From Myxococcales bacterium (lineage in GTDB: Bacteria > Myxococcota > Myxococcia > Myxococcales > Anaeromyxobacteraceae): a stretch of 27,712 bases of DNA. A program made the translations under genes and the position numbers. The notes under the pieces were generated by a model. It saw nothing but the letters and a program-made list of their open reading frames with translations. It was not told the origin of the DNA and made no database searches. Of this stretch, positions 18,569-27,712 are shown one piece after another. Within the stretch, counting starts at the first letter, position 1; every line of letters begins with the position of its first letter. The DNA lies in contig JBBQEB010000034.1 in the NCBI GenBank assembly GCA_038320275.1, forward strand, positions 1-27,712. Direction: 5' to 3'.

Positions 18569-19258
18569 TCAGTGCTTCACGGAATGGAACAGCCTGTCCC
18601 ACCGTGGCCCGTGGGGACCCCACGACACGAGCGCCATCCAGGCGCGGCCCTTCACGCGACCCACCGGCACCGGGCCGAAGACGCGGCTGTCCGCCGAGTG
18701 GTCGCGGTGGTCGCCAGCCAGCCAAACCATGCCCGGCGGCACGGTCGCCGGAGGTACATCTCCGCACGGAAGGTACGGCGTGCAGAAGGAGTGGTACAGG
18801 TGCGAGGGCAGCCGCTCGGTGAAGTCGACGCAAGGCTCCTCGCGCCAGGGGCCGTCCTCCAGCTTGTTCCAGTAGGTGCACGCGCCCGCCACCCGCTCGC
18901 GCGGCACCGCCTTCCCGTTCAGCACGAGCGCACCATCCTGGATCTCCACCGTGTCGCCCGCCACCGCCACCACGCGCTTGATGAGGTCGTCGCTGCGCGA
19001 GTTCCCCGGAGGGGCCAGGAGCACCACGATGTCGCCGCGCTTGGGCGAGGACCAGGTGGCCTGCGCCGTGTCGGTGAAGGGGAGTCGCGCGCCGTAGGCC
19101 CACTTCTCCACGATGACGTAGTCGCCGATCTGCAGCGTTGGGATCATCGAGCCGGACGGGATGTAGACCGCCTCGTAGAGGAAGGTCCGAAAAGCCAGCA
19201 CCGCGAGGATCGTGACCACCCAGCCGCGGATCTCGCTCTTCACCCGCTGTCGGTCCAC
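18569..19258 (-). CDS. lepB: Signal peptidase I
   Basis: IPSGSMIPTL (Ser), DLIKRV (Lys), GDHRDHSADSRVFG. Confidence 0.95.
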   Translation of the reverse strand: MDRQRVKSEIRGWVVTILAVLAFRTFLYEAVYIPSGSMIPTLQIGDYVIVEKWAYGARLPFTDTAQATWSSPKRGDIVVLLAPPGNSRSDDLIKRVVAVAGDTVEIQDGALVLNGKAVPRERVAGACTYWNKLEDGPWREEPCVDFTERLPSHLYHSFCTPYLPCGDVPPATVPPGMVWLAGDHRDHSADSRVFGPVPVGRVKGRAWMALVSWGPHGPRWDRLFHSVKH

Positions 19259-19280
19259 GCGCTCGAGTCCCCGGTCCCTT

Positions 19281-20513
19281 CTACTCGGTCCTCATCGCCT
19301 CGACCGGATCGAGCCGGCTGGCGCGCGCGGCGGGGTAGATGCCGAAGAGGAGCCCACACCCCGACGCGGAGGCGAGGGAGAGTACCACCGCCCACGCCGG
19401 GATGCTCGAAGGAATCGCGTACAGCTCGCGCGCTCCCACCGCGAGCCCCGCGCCGAGGAGCACGCCCAGGATGCCGCCCAGTAACGAGAGCGCCACCGCC
19501 TCGATGACGAACTGGGTGAGGATGCGGCGGCGCCGAGCGCCCAGCGCCATGCGCACGCCGATCTCTCGCGTCCGCTCCGTTACCGAGACCAGCATGATGT
19601 TCATGATGCCGATGCCGCCCACCAGCAGTGCCAGCGCGCACACGCCGAAGGTGGCCGCGCCCACCACCGCCGCCAGCGCGTTGAAGGTCTGGGTGAAGGT
19701 GTCGTTGGTGAAGATCTCGAAGTCGTTCTCCTCGCCGCCCTGGATGCCGCGCAGGCGCCGGAGTTGGACCGTGACCTCGTCGATGGCCGCCGGGACGTCC
19801 TCGGAGCTGGTGGCCTCGATGGCGATGTTGTGGTTCGTCACCTTCCCCGTCACCGCGTTGAAGGCGTCGATGGGGAAAACCGCGTAGGCGTCCTTCGACT
19901 GGCCCAGGACGCTGCCCTCTCGCTCCGCCACGCCCACCACCGTGAAGGGCGCGTTGCGCAGCCGGAGCTCCTTGCCCAGCGGGTCCTCTCCCGGGAAGAG
20001 GAGGTCCGCCACGTCCGCCCCCAGGAATACCACCCGCCGCCCGAGCTGCAGGTCGACGTCGGTCATGAAGCGGCCGCGCGCCACCGTGACGCCGTTCGCG
20101 TGCTCGTACCCCGGCGTCCCGCCCACGATGGAGATGTTGGGCTTCGTCGCGCGCTCCGCGGTCGAGAGCCGCTCGAGGCCCCCGCGGTGGTACGCCTCGA
20201 TGGAGACGTGCGCCACGTGCGGCAGCGCCTTCAGCGCCTCGCCCTGCTCGCGGGTGAGGTCCTTGCGCTTCAGGTACTTCGCCCGGTCGTGATCGCCGAA
20301 CTGCATGGCCGGCCACTTCTGCACCTGGAACGCCGACGAGCCGAGCATGGCGAAGTCGCCGTTCATCTTCACCCGCACGCCCTCCAGGATGGACATCATC
20401 GCCACCACGGTGGCGGCGCCGATGACGATGCCGAGGAGGGTGAGCATCGAGCGCAGCGGGTTCGCCCGCAGCGTGCCCAGCGCCATCGCCACGTTGTCGA
20501 GGAAGGAGGTCAT
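19281..20513 (-). CDS. MacB/FtsX-family ABC permease 2
   Basis: [61 protein letters not shown] 20513 overlaps the upstream stop. Confidence 0.95.
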   Translation of the reverse strand: MTSFLDNVAMALGTLRANPLRSMLTLLGIVIGAATVVAMMSILEGVRVKMNGDFAMLGSSAFQVQKWPAMQFGDHDRAKYLKRKDLTREQGEALKALPHVAHVSIEAYHRGGLERLSTAERATKPNISIVGGTPGYEHANGVTVARGRFMTDVDLQLGRRVVFLGADVADLLFPGEDPLGKELRLRNAPFTVVGVAEREGSVLGQSKDAYAVFPIDAFNAVTGKVTNHNIAIEATSSEDVPAAIDEVTVQLRRLRGIQGGEENDFEIFTNDTFTQTFNALAAVVGAATFGVCALALLVGGIGIMNIMLVSVTERTREIGVRMALGARRRRILTQFVIEAVALSLLGGILGVLLGAGLAVGARELYAIPSSIPAWAVVLSLASASGCGLLFGIYPAARASRLDPVEAMRTE

Positions 20514-21766
20514 TCGTAGCGCAGCGCCTCCACCGGATCGAGGTTCGCCGCCCGCCAGGCCGGCCAGCTCCCGAAGAGGAGCCCGACCGCCGCGCTGAAG
20601 CCGAGCCCCAGCGCCACCGCCGAGGGTGTCACCGCCGCGGCCAGCGGGGAGAGCGCCGCCACGAGCTGCGCGGCCGCCAGCCCGAGCCCGGTGCCCACCG
20701 CGCCGCCCAGCGCCGCCACCAGCGCCGACTCCACCAGGAACTGCACCAGGATGGTGCGCTTGCGGGCGCCCAGCGCGCGCCGGACGCCGATCTCCCGGGT
20801 TCGCTCGTGCACGGAGACCAGCATGATGTTCATGATCCCGATACCGCCCACCACGAGCGTGATGAGCCCCACGCCGATGGCCGCGCCGTAGAGCGCGCCG
20901 GTGAGCCCCTTGTACACCTTGAGGAATTGCTCCTGACGGTTGAGCGTGAAGTCGTCCGGCTTGCCGGCGGGCACGGCGCGCACCCGGCGCAGGATGCCGG
21001 TGAGCTCGTCCTCCAGCTCCGGGATCTTTCCCGGAGGCGCGGCGACCGCCACCGTGATGGAGCGGCGGCCACCGTAGATGCGCTGCCAGGCCGGAAACGG
21101 GATGTGCACGATGTTGTCGAGCGGCATGCCGAGCATGTTGCCCCGCCGCTCGAGCGTGCCCACCACGGTGAAGGGCCGCTCCGCCACCAGCACCCGCTTC
21201 CCCAGCACCGCCGCCGCCGGGATCCCCGGGAAGAGCCGCTCCAGCACGTCGGCGCCCAGCACCACCACCGGCCGCGCCAGGTCGACGTCGGTCTCGACCA
21301 GGAACCGGCCCGCGGCCACCGTCCCGGCGCCGGTGTCGAGGTACTGGGCGTTCGTCCCATTCACCTGAACGTTGGTGAGCTCGCGCTCGCGATAGGAGAG
21401 CTTCCCGCGCGACCCGAACTGCGTCATGGGCGCCACCGCCAGGGCGATGCGCGACTCGCGCTGGATGGCCTGCACCTCGCGCAGGCCGATCGGCTTGCGG
21501 TTGCGGAAGAGGTACCAGTCGCCGTCGAGGTTGAGCCACTTCCACTTGTCCACGTAGAGCGTGTGCGCGCCTAGGTTCGCGACCTGCTCGTCGAAGCTCT
21601 TGTTGAGCCCCTGCACGATGGCGACGATGGCGATGACCGTCGTCACCCCGATGATGATGCCGAGGGTGGTGAGACCGCTCCGCAGCCGGTTGGCGGCGAG
21701 CGTCCCCACCGCCATGCGGAAGCTCTCGGCCGTCTCGGAGAGGCCGCGGACGAGACGCCGCCTCAT
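20510..21766 (-). CDS. MacB/FtsX-family ABC permease 1
   Basis: [54 protein letters not shown] 21766. Confidence 0.95.
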   Translation of the reverse strand: MRRRLVRGLSETAESFRMAVGTLAANRLRSGLTTLGIIIGVTTVIAIVAIVQGLNKSFDEQVANLGAHTLYVDKWKWLNLDGDWYLFRNRKPIGLREVQAIQRESRIALAVAPMTQFGSRGKLSYRERELTNVQVNGTNAQYLDTGAGTVAAGRFLVETDVDLARPVVVLGADVLERLFPGIPAAAVLGKRVLVAERPFTVVGTLERRGNMLGMPLDNIVHIPFPAWQRIYGGRRSITVAVAAPPGKIPELEDELTGILRRVRAVPAGKPDDFTLNRQEQFLKVYKGLTGALYGAAIGVGLITLVVGGIGIMNIMLVSVHERTREIGVRRALGARKRTILVQFLVESALVAALGGAVGTGLGLAAAQLVAALSPLAAAVTPSAVALGLGFSAAVGLLFGSWPAWRAANLDPVEALRYE

Positions 21767-22491
21767 GCGCTCACCGCCTGGGCGACGCCCAGCGTCGCCA
21801 CCTCGCGCCCCGGTCCGTCGGCCACCACGCGCCCGTCGGAGAGGCGGATGGCTCGCGGACATCGGGCGGCGAGGCGAGGCTCGTGGGTGACGAGGATGAT
21901 GGTGTGGCCGCGCGCGTGCAGCTCCCCGAAGAGGCGGACGATCTCGTCGCCCGTGGCACTGTCGAGGTTGCCGGTGGGCTCGTCGGCGAGGAGGAGCGAC
22001 GGGTTGCCCACCAGGGCGCGCGCGATGGCGACGCGCTGTCGCTGCCCGCCGGAGAGCTCGTTGGGACGGTGGAGCATGCGCGACTCCAGCCCCACCGAGA
22101 TGAGCGCTGCCTTGGCGAGCTCCCGACGCTCCCAGCGGGAGACCCCGCGGTAGATGAGCGGCAGCTCCACGTTGGCGAGCGCGGTCGCGCGCGGGAGAAG
22201 CTGGAAGGTCTGGAAGATGAACCCGATCTCGTGATTGCGCAGGTCCGCGAGCTCGTCGTCGGTGAGCCCCGCCACGTCGGCCCCGCGGATGGCGTAGCGG
22301 CCCGACGACGGCGTGTCGAGGCAGCCCAGGATGTTCATGAGCGTCGACTTGCCGGAGCCCGACTGGCCCACGATGGCCACCCACTCGCCCTGCGCGATGT
22401 CGAAGGTCACGCCGTCGAGGGCGCGGACCTCCTCGCCGCCGACCTGGTAGAGGCGGGCGAGGTCTTCGACCGCGAGGAGGGCCGGCGTCAT
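21763..22491 (-). CDS. MacB/LolD-type ABC ATP-binding protein
   Basis: [43 protein letters not shown] 22491. Confidence 0.96.
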   Translation of the reverse strand: MTPALLAVEDLARLYQVGGEEVRALDGVTFDIAQGEWVAIVGQSGSGKSTLMNILGCLDTPSSGRYAIRGADVAGLTDDELADLRNHEIGFIFQTFQLLPRATALANVELPLIYRGVSRWERRELAKAALISVGLESRMLHRPNELSGGQRQRVAIARALVGNPSLLLADEPTGNLDSATGDEIVRLFGELHARGHTIILVTHEPRLAARCPRAIRLSDGRVVADGPGREVATLGVAQAVSA

Positions 22492-23861
22492 GACTTCTTC
22501 TCGCCCTTCCCGGCGCCCTCCTTGGCCTCCTTCACCGGCTTCCCGTCCTTCAAATCGCGCGAGAGGACGCGGTAGGGCCCCTCGACCAGCTTCTCGCCTT
22601 CCTTCAGGCCCGAGGTGATCTCGATCTCCGTCTCGCTGGCGAGACCCGTCTCCACCGGCCGCGCCTTCGCGACGCCGCCCTCGACCACGAAGACGAGCTT
22701 GCGGAGAGCCTCCTTCTTGGCCGGCTGCCCGCGGGCCGGCGCCGTGGCGGGCGCCGCCGGTTCCGGAGCAGCCCCCTTGCCGTTCTCTCCCTCGAGGTCG
22801 CGCGGCGAGCGCACCGTCACCGCCTGGATCGGCACCACCACAGCATCCTGGTGCGTCTCGGTGGAGATGATGGCCTGGCCGCTCATGCCGGGGAGGACTC
22901 CCGGCGTTTCCCCCGTGAGCGCGAGACGGACGGGGAAGGTGGTCACCTCCGCCTCCGTTCCCGCGTTCTTCACGTTGGCGTTCTTCGCCACCTCCACCAC
23001 GGTGGCGGGGAACTTCCGGTCCGGAAAGGCATCGATCTCCACCTCCGCCCGATCGCCCTCGTGGATGAAGACCACCTCGTGCTCCCCCACCTCGACCTTC
23101 GCCTCCATGGAGGACAGCGTCGCGATGGTCACGATGGGATCCTCGCTGAAGTCCGATCCGCGCACGCGCTCCCCCACCTGCTTGGCCCGGGTCACCACGA
23201 TGCCGTCGATGGGGGCGTACACAGTGGAGAAGGAGAGCAGATGCCTCGCGTCGGCCAGCGTCGCGTCGGCCTGGGCGATGCGCTTCGAGGCGGCCTCTGC
23301 CTTGGCCTGCTCGGTGCGGACGTCGGCCACCGCCCGCTCCACCTCGGCCTGGCTGGCGTTCCCGCTCTTCGCGAGCCGCTTCACCCGCTCCAGCTCCTGC
23401 GCCAGGCGATCGATGATGGTGCGCTCGGCAGTGAGGTCCGCCGAGGCGCTGGCGCGGAGGGCCTCCTGCTGGCGCACCTGGGCGGCGTAGCGCTGCGCCT
23501 CGATGCGGGCGATGAGCTGGCCCTTCGTCACCCGGTCGCCCTCCTTCACCGGCAGCTCGAGGAGATCGCCGGAGATGTTCGACGACACCTTGACCGTGGT
23601 TGCCGCCTGCAGCTTGCCGGCCGCGGTGACCTTGCGAGTGATGGGCGCGCGCTTGGCGGTGGCGAGCTGGACCTGCACCGGCGGCTCGCCCTTCTTGCGC
23701 AAAGAGGCGACCACGATGGCGAGCACCGCCAAGGCCAGCACGCCGATGAGGATCCGGCGGGTCCACGACGGGGCTGGCGGCCGGCCCGGCGCGGCCAGCG
23801 CAGGCGGCGCGCGGGGCGGGGGGGCCTCTATCGGCGCGGGAACGGGGCGAGCGGGTTCCAT
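22488..23861 (-). CDS. Efflux periplasmic adaptor (MacA/YknX-like membrane fusion protein)
   Basis: N-terminal TM helix, [16 protein letters not shown] and YAPIDGIV lipoyl halves flanking an alpha hairpin, PGMS, VETGLA...[10 protein letters not shown]. Confidence 0.95.
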   Translation of the reverse strand: MEPARPVPAPIEAPPPRAPPALAAPGRPPAPSWTRRILIGVLALAVLAIVVASLRKKGEPPVQVQLATAKRAPITRKVTAAGKLQAATTVKVSSNISGDLLELPVKEGDRVTKGQLIARIEAQRYAAQVRQQEALRASASADLTAERTIIDRLAQELERVKRLAKSGNASQAEVERAVADVRTEQAKAEAASKRIAQADATLADARHLLSFSTVYAPIDGIVVTRAKQVGERVRGSDFSEDPIVTIATLSSMEAKVEVGEHEVVFIHEGDRAEVEIDAFPDRKFPATVVEVAKNANVKNAGTEAEVTTFPVRLALTGETPGVLPGMSGQAIISTETHQDAVVVPIQAVTVRSPRDLEGENGKGAAPEPAAPATAPARGQPAKKEALRKLVFVVEGGVAKARPVETGLASETEIEITSGLKEGEKLVEGPYRVLSRDLKDGKPVKEAKEGAGKGEKKS

Positions 23862-23879
23862 GATGACCTTTCCGAAGCG

Positions 23880-25244
23880 CTACAGCGCTCCTCCTACGGC
23901 GCGGCTCAGGTCCGCGCTCGCGACGACGTGATCGATGCGGGCGTTCACCAGGGAGAGCTTGGCCTGGGTGAGCTTCAGGCTCGCGTCGCGGACCTCGAGC
24001 TGGGAGGCGGCGCCGGCGGAGAGGCGGTCCTTCGCCACCGCCACGCCGGCTTCAGCGTCGGCGAGGTTCTGGGCGGCCAGCCGGGCGGCCCTCGCCTGGG
24101 CCACCACGTTGGAGCGGGCGCGGGCGATCTCCACCGCGACCTGCTGCTCGGACCCCTCGGCCTGCACCTGCGCGCGCCGGGTGGCGATGGCTGCGCGCTG
24201 CTCGTCGGCGAGCGTCTGGCGGCCGTTGAAGAGGTTCCACTGCACGAACACGCCCGCGCTCGCCACGTACTGCCGCGAGGGATTGCCGTAGATCCCCTCG
24301 CTACCCGCGAGCGTCGGCCCCTGCCGGTTGTAGTTTCCCTGCAGCCCCACGGTGGGAAACCAGGACGCGCGGGCGATCGACTCGCCCAGCTCGGCCGTCC
24401 GGACGTTCTCGCGCTGCGCCGCGAGGAGCGGCCGCGAGCGGCGCGCCCGGTCGAGGAGGGCGCTCGACGCCGGCGGCTCGACGTCGGCCGGGAGCGCACC
24501 CCCCGTGACGGCCGCCGGAGCGACCACCGGCAGGACTTCGTCGCCGGCGTCCCGCCCCACGATCTGGGCCAGCTCGGCCCTCACCTGGACGAGCCTCGCG
24601 CGAGTTCCCTCCACCTGGATCCGGTCGCTGCCGAGGTTGCCGCGCGCGGAGAGCGCGTCGAGGCGGCTCCCCCGGCCCGCCTCGAAGAGCGCGTCGGCGC
24701 GGCGGACGATCTCCTCGGACCGCGCCACCGTCTCCTCCAGCACCCGCAGGCTCTCCTCGGCCTTGACCACCTCGTAGAAGCGGCGGGTCACCTCGAAGGC
24801 GAGGCCGAGCGCGCTCTCGTCGAGCTGGCGCCCCGCGGCGCTCAGCGCCGAGCGGCTGCGCTCGATGGTCCGCCAGTTCCGGCCGCCGTCGAAGATGGGG
24901 AGCGAGAGGGTGAGACCGAGGCTGTAGTCGGGGTTGTCGGAGGCGGGGATGGCCACCACCTGCTGCTGGAAGATGGGCTGGCCGGTGCCCGGGTCGATGC
25001 CAGTGGGGAAGGCCGCAACGGTGCTCCGCGGGCCGACGAAGTCCCGGCCGAAGAAGGCGTTGAGGTCGAGCCGCGGGAGCACGCCGGCATACGACGCGTA
25101 CACCTCCACCCCGGCCGTCTCGGACTGTGCCCGGGAGAGCCGGAGGTCGGTGTTCGATCGGGCGGCCTCCGCGAGGGCGTCGTCGAGGGTGATCGGACCG
25201 GAGGGAGGGGCCGCCAGCGCGGCGGCGAGGATGAGCGAGATCAT
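23880..25244 (-). CDS. TolC-family outer membrane efflux protein
   Basis: Signal peptide, [10 protein letters not shown], two repeats with LP-x-L...LPIFDGG and WFPTV...WNLFNG. Confidence 0.93.
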   Translation of the reverse strand: MISLILAAALAAPPSGPITLDDALAEAARSNTDLRLSRAQSETAGVEVYASYAGVLPRLDLNAFFGRDFVGPRSTVAAFPTGIDPGTGQPIFQQQVVAIPASDNPDYSLGLTLSLPIFDGGRNWRTIERSRSALSAAGRQLDESALGLAFEVTRRFYEVVKAEESLRVLEETVARSEEIVRRADALFEAGRGSRLDALSARGNLGSDRIQVEGTRARLVQVRAELAQIVGRDAGDEVLPVVAPAAVTGGALPADVEPPASSALLDRARRSRPLLAAQRENVRTAELGESIARASWFPTVGLQGNYNRQGPTLAGSEGIYGNPSRQYVASAGVFVQWNLFNGRQTLADEQRAAIATRRAQVQAEGSEQQVAVEIARARSNVVAQARAARLAAQNLADAEAGVAVAKDRLSAGAASQLEVRDASLKLTQAKLSLVNARIDHVVASADLSRAVGGAL

Positions 25245-25251
25245 GTGGGGA

Positions 25252-25971
25252 TCACCGCGGTCCCGCGAGGCCGGGAAGGGCGACGTGGAAGAGGAGGAGG
25301 TAGGCCACCCAGAGCGAGGCCACCACCGCGACCGAGCGGGTGCGCGTCGCTCCCGCCACCTCGGCCATGCCGAGAGCGAGGAGGCCGAGCGCCCACACGG
25401 AGAACAGATCGAGGCCCGAGAGGGCGCTCGCGAGGCGTGGGGAGGCGCCCGGGGGGGCCAGCGCGGCGAGCGAGGAAGGTAAGAGGCCCGTCACCTCCGA
25501 GGCGGCGATGGAGCCGCGCCGGGCTACGGCGGGAATGGCGAGGAGCGCGCGCAGGGCGAGCGGCAAGAGCGACCAGGCGGTAACCGCCAGGGTGGGCACG
25601 AAGGCGGGCCGCTGGCCGGCGAGCCGAAAGCCCACGAAGAGGGCGAATGCGATCCCGAGCGCCCGCAGCGATGGCGCGAAGAGCGCACCCGCGTATGCTC
25701 CGACCGAGCCCATCTTGCGGGCGGCCTCCACCGCCACCTCTCTCTCATGCGGCGTCTGCGCCTGGGCCTGCGGCGCGGCGATGGCAGCGCGGTCGAGCGC
25801 CTCGTCCACCGAGCGCTCGTAGTCGAGGCGGGGCACGAGCACCGCCGCGAAGGCGAGCGCAGCCAGCGTCGACGCGAGGAGCGGCGGGACGAAGCTTCTG
25901 CGCGCCGTGACGGCGGCGAGCGCGCGTTCCGGCGCGACGAAGGTGTCCGCAAAGGTCTGGGCGATCGACAT
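25252..25971 (-). CDS. Yip1-family (YknW-like) membrane protein
   Basis: FVAPERAL start, several TM helices, DLFSVW...GM motif; first gene of the exporter operon; GGAG SD. Confidence 0.8.
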   Translation of the reverse strand: MSIAQTFADTFVAPERALAAVTARRSFVPPLLASTLAALAFAAVLVPRLDYERSVDEALDRAAIAAPQAQAQTPHEREVAVEAARKMGSVGAYAGALFAPSLRALGIAFALFVGFRLAGQRPAFVPTLAVTAWSLLPLALRALLAIPAVARRGSIAASEVTGLLPSSLAALAPPGASPRLASALSGLDLFSVWALGLLALGMAEVAGATRTRSVAVVASLWVAYLLLFHVALPGLAGPR

Positions 25972-25992
25972 GTTCTCCCTGGTGCGTCGCCC

Positions 25993-26018
25993 TACGCGGG
26001 CGCCGGGCCGCTATTTCA
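25993..26018 (-). promoter_or_regulatory. Candidate ECF (SigW-like) promoter
   Basis: Minus strand TGAAAT-N16-CGTA, ending 21 nt upstream of the Yip1 start. Confidence 0.6.
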
Positions 26019-26070
26019 CGCCCCGGGAGTGCCGACGCACGACCTTTGCGGACCGCTCGCCCGCCCAGGC

Positions 26071-26553
26071 TCACTTGAGAAGCTTGACGAGCCCCTCCAG
26101 CGCGCTCGGCCGAGCCTTGCGCCACAGCCGCTTCGGGCCGCTGCCCTCGACCGCGCGCTCCAGCGCCTCGTGGGTGGAGAGCTTGCCCGGTCCGGCGACG
26201 AGCAACGCGGTCGCGATGGCCATGAGCGCGAGGTTGTACTCCATGCCGCCCTGCTGGACGTCATAGCCCCTCGGCGCGTGCACCTTGACCACCGCGACGG
26301 CCTGAGTGACGAGCACCGCCAGGGCCGCCGGCCGGGTGGCGATGCCCAGGATGGCGGCCGCGCCCGCGAACACCTCGGCTGCCCCCGTCGCCACCGCCCA
26401 GCCCCTGCCGGGCGTGATGCCGAGGCTCTCGAAGAACTGCCCCGCTGCCTCGGCGCCCTCGCCCTGGACCTTCTGCAGCCCGTGATAGAGCATCGATCCA
26501 CCCAGCGCCAGCCGCACCGGCACGAGCGCCGCGTCCTTTGCTCCCCTCGCCAT
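26071..26553 (-). CDS. DoxX-family membrane protein
   Basis: RLALGGSMLYHGLQK, GIATRPAA, GGMEYNL, GPGKLS. Confidence 0.92.
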   Translation of the reverse strand: MARGAKDAALVPVRLALGGSMLYHGLQKVQGEGAEAAGQFFESLGITPGRGWAVATGAAEVFAGAAAILGIATRPAALAVLVTQAVAVVKVHAPRGYDVQQGGMEYNLALMAIATALLVAGPGKLSTHEALERAVEGSGPKRLWRKARPSALEGLVKLLK

Positions 26554-26554
26554 T

Positions 26555-26995
26555 TCAGTTCGCCTCCTCTTGGTAGGTTTCGAGCTCGCGCTCCAGCTTC
26601 GCGCGCGCGATGCGGCGGGTGGCCGCCTCTTCCTCTTCCGTGCGCTGCTGCCTGCGCACCAGCCCCTGGCTCTCGTCCACGAACCAGAAGCCCACCCGCA
26701 TGAACGCAGCGACCACCACCACCAGGATACTGGAGAGGAACCAGGTCGAGACGCCCTGCAGCGCGCCGAGCCTCGGCGTCGCCTCGATGTAATAGGCCCC
26801 CGTCACCGGGACGAGCACGAACGAGAGGTAGTGCGACGCACAGTAGGGACACGAGGCCAGGTAGCCGAACCAGGTCGACTTCCCGCCGAGCCGCTCGCGC
26901 ACCGGGAGGAAGATGCGCTCCTTGGCGATGGTCTGCGCCAAGCCCATCACCACGGCTGAGACGGCGAGCAGGTGAGGAAGGCCATGCTGGAACAT
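26555..26995 (-). CDS. Small membrane protein with CPYC motif (DUF1360-like)
   Basis: ERIFLPVRERL...FGYLASCPYCASHY, three hydrophobic segments, charged C-terminal coil. Start at ATG 26995. Confidence 0.7.
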   Translation of the reverse strand: MFQHGLPHLLAVSAVVMGLAQTIAKERIFLPVRERLGGKSTWFGYLASCPYCASHYLSFVLVPVTGAYYIEATPRLGALQGVSTWFLSSILVVVVAAFMRVGFWFVDESQGLVRRQQRTEEEEAATRRIARAKLERELETYQEEAN

Positions 26996-27074
26996 GGGGA
27001 TGAATCTGGTGAGCCCCGGCCCGCGTGTACAGCGGCGGCTGGATCGAGGCTGCACTTTGTGCTCCCCTGCCCTC

Positions 27075-27712
27075 ATGCTCTCCTGGCGAACCGTTGCCCT
27101 GCCCTTGGTCGCGCTGGCGACCCTCTCGCCGCCCGAGGGCCGCGCCGCTCCCACGGTGAGCATCGCAGTCGCGGCGGCCTCCGACCTGCGCCCGGCGCTG
27201 GCGGACCTCGGCGCCGCCTTCGAGGCGGCGCACCCTGGCGTCCTCGTCCGGGTGAGCTACGGCGCGTCGGGGGCGCTCGCGGCGCAGATCGAGGGAGGAG
27301 CACCCTTCGATCTCTTCTTCTCGGCCGACGGCGTCGACCCGGCGCGGCTCCTCGCGGCCGGGCGAGCGCCTCCGGGGAGCGACACGCCCTACGCGATCGG
27401 GCGGCTCGTCCTCTGGGCCGCGCGAACGTCGGCGGTGGATCCCTCGGCCGGGCTGGCGGGCCTGGCGAGGGCGAGGCGCATCGCCATCGCCAATCCGCGC
27501 CACGCGCCCTATGGCCGCGCGGCAGAGGCGGCGCTCCGCAAGAGCGGGATGTACGCCGACGTCGAGGGGCGCCTCGTCGTCGCGGAGAGCGCAGCCCAGG
27601 CCGCTGCGTGGGCGGCCACCGGAAACGTGGACGCGGCGCTCCTCCCGCACTCGCTCGTCCTCGCCGGGCCTCTCGCGACGTCCGGCCGGAGCGCGCTCGT
27701 CCCCGCGGAGCT
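27075..27712 (+). CDS. modA: Molybdate ABC transporter substrate-binding protein, truncated by window edge
   Basis: Not in the ORF track; hand translation MLSWRTVALPLVALA...AVAAASDL...SYGASGALAAQIEGGAPFDLFFSAD...IAIANPRHAPYGRAA. Confidence 0.93.
   Translation, partial: MLSWRTVALPLVALATLSPPEGRAAPTVSIAVAAASDLRPALADLGAAFEAAHPGVLVRVSYGASGALAAQIEGGAPFDLFFSADGVDPARLLAAGRAPPGSDTPYAIGRLVLWAARTSAVDPSAGLAGLARARRIAIANPRHAPYGRAAEAALRKSGMYADVEGRLVVAESAAQAAAWAATGNVDAALLPHSLVLAGPLATSGRSALVPAE

Noticed and set aside
19281..23766. Apparent long fusion proteins of 754, 624 and 667 aa in the ORF track
   Set aside because: The N-terminal extensions are off-frame readings of the upstream genes; true starts are the ATGA overlaps at 20513, 21766 and 22491.

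Overview
GC-rich bacterial window. Gene order and composition suggest an Anaeromyxobacter-like member of Myxococcota (inference). Left part (1-6262) is an accessory island with visibly lower GC in its genes. It holds an IS3-family element inserted into the 3' end of a secreted spherulin-4/GH135-like multidomain gene, a degraded ~1.2 kb spacer, and a three-gene unit: a secreted matrixin-type zinc metalloprotease with a C-terminal propeller-like domain followed by two divergent, gap-free-alignable 8/10-cysteine lipoprotein paralogues. Middle (6264-17963) is core genome: RluA-family pseudouridine synthase, wecB, then kdsB-pyrG-kdsA-kdsC-lipid A acyltransferase-lptCAB-rpoN-hpf-ptsN. A ~600 bp repeat- and hairpin-rich intergenic region follows. 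Right part (18569-27712) is a minus-strand envelope cluster (DUF1360-like, DoxX, Yip1, TolC, membrane fusion protein, ABC ATPase, two MacB-type permeases, signal peptidase I) and the start of modA. Best leads: the protease plus twin Cys-rich lipoproteins (candidate protease/inhibitor system), two reverse-oriented sigma54 motifs in front of the lptCAB-rpoN operon, a SigW-like promoter before the YknWXYZ-like exporter, and the structured ptsN-lepB intergenic region. All calls are by eye; no searches or folding were run.
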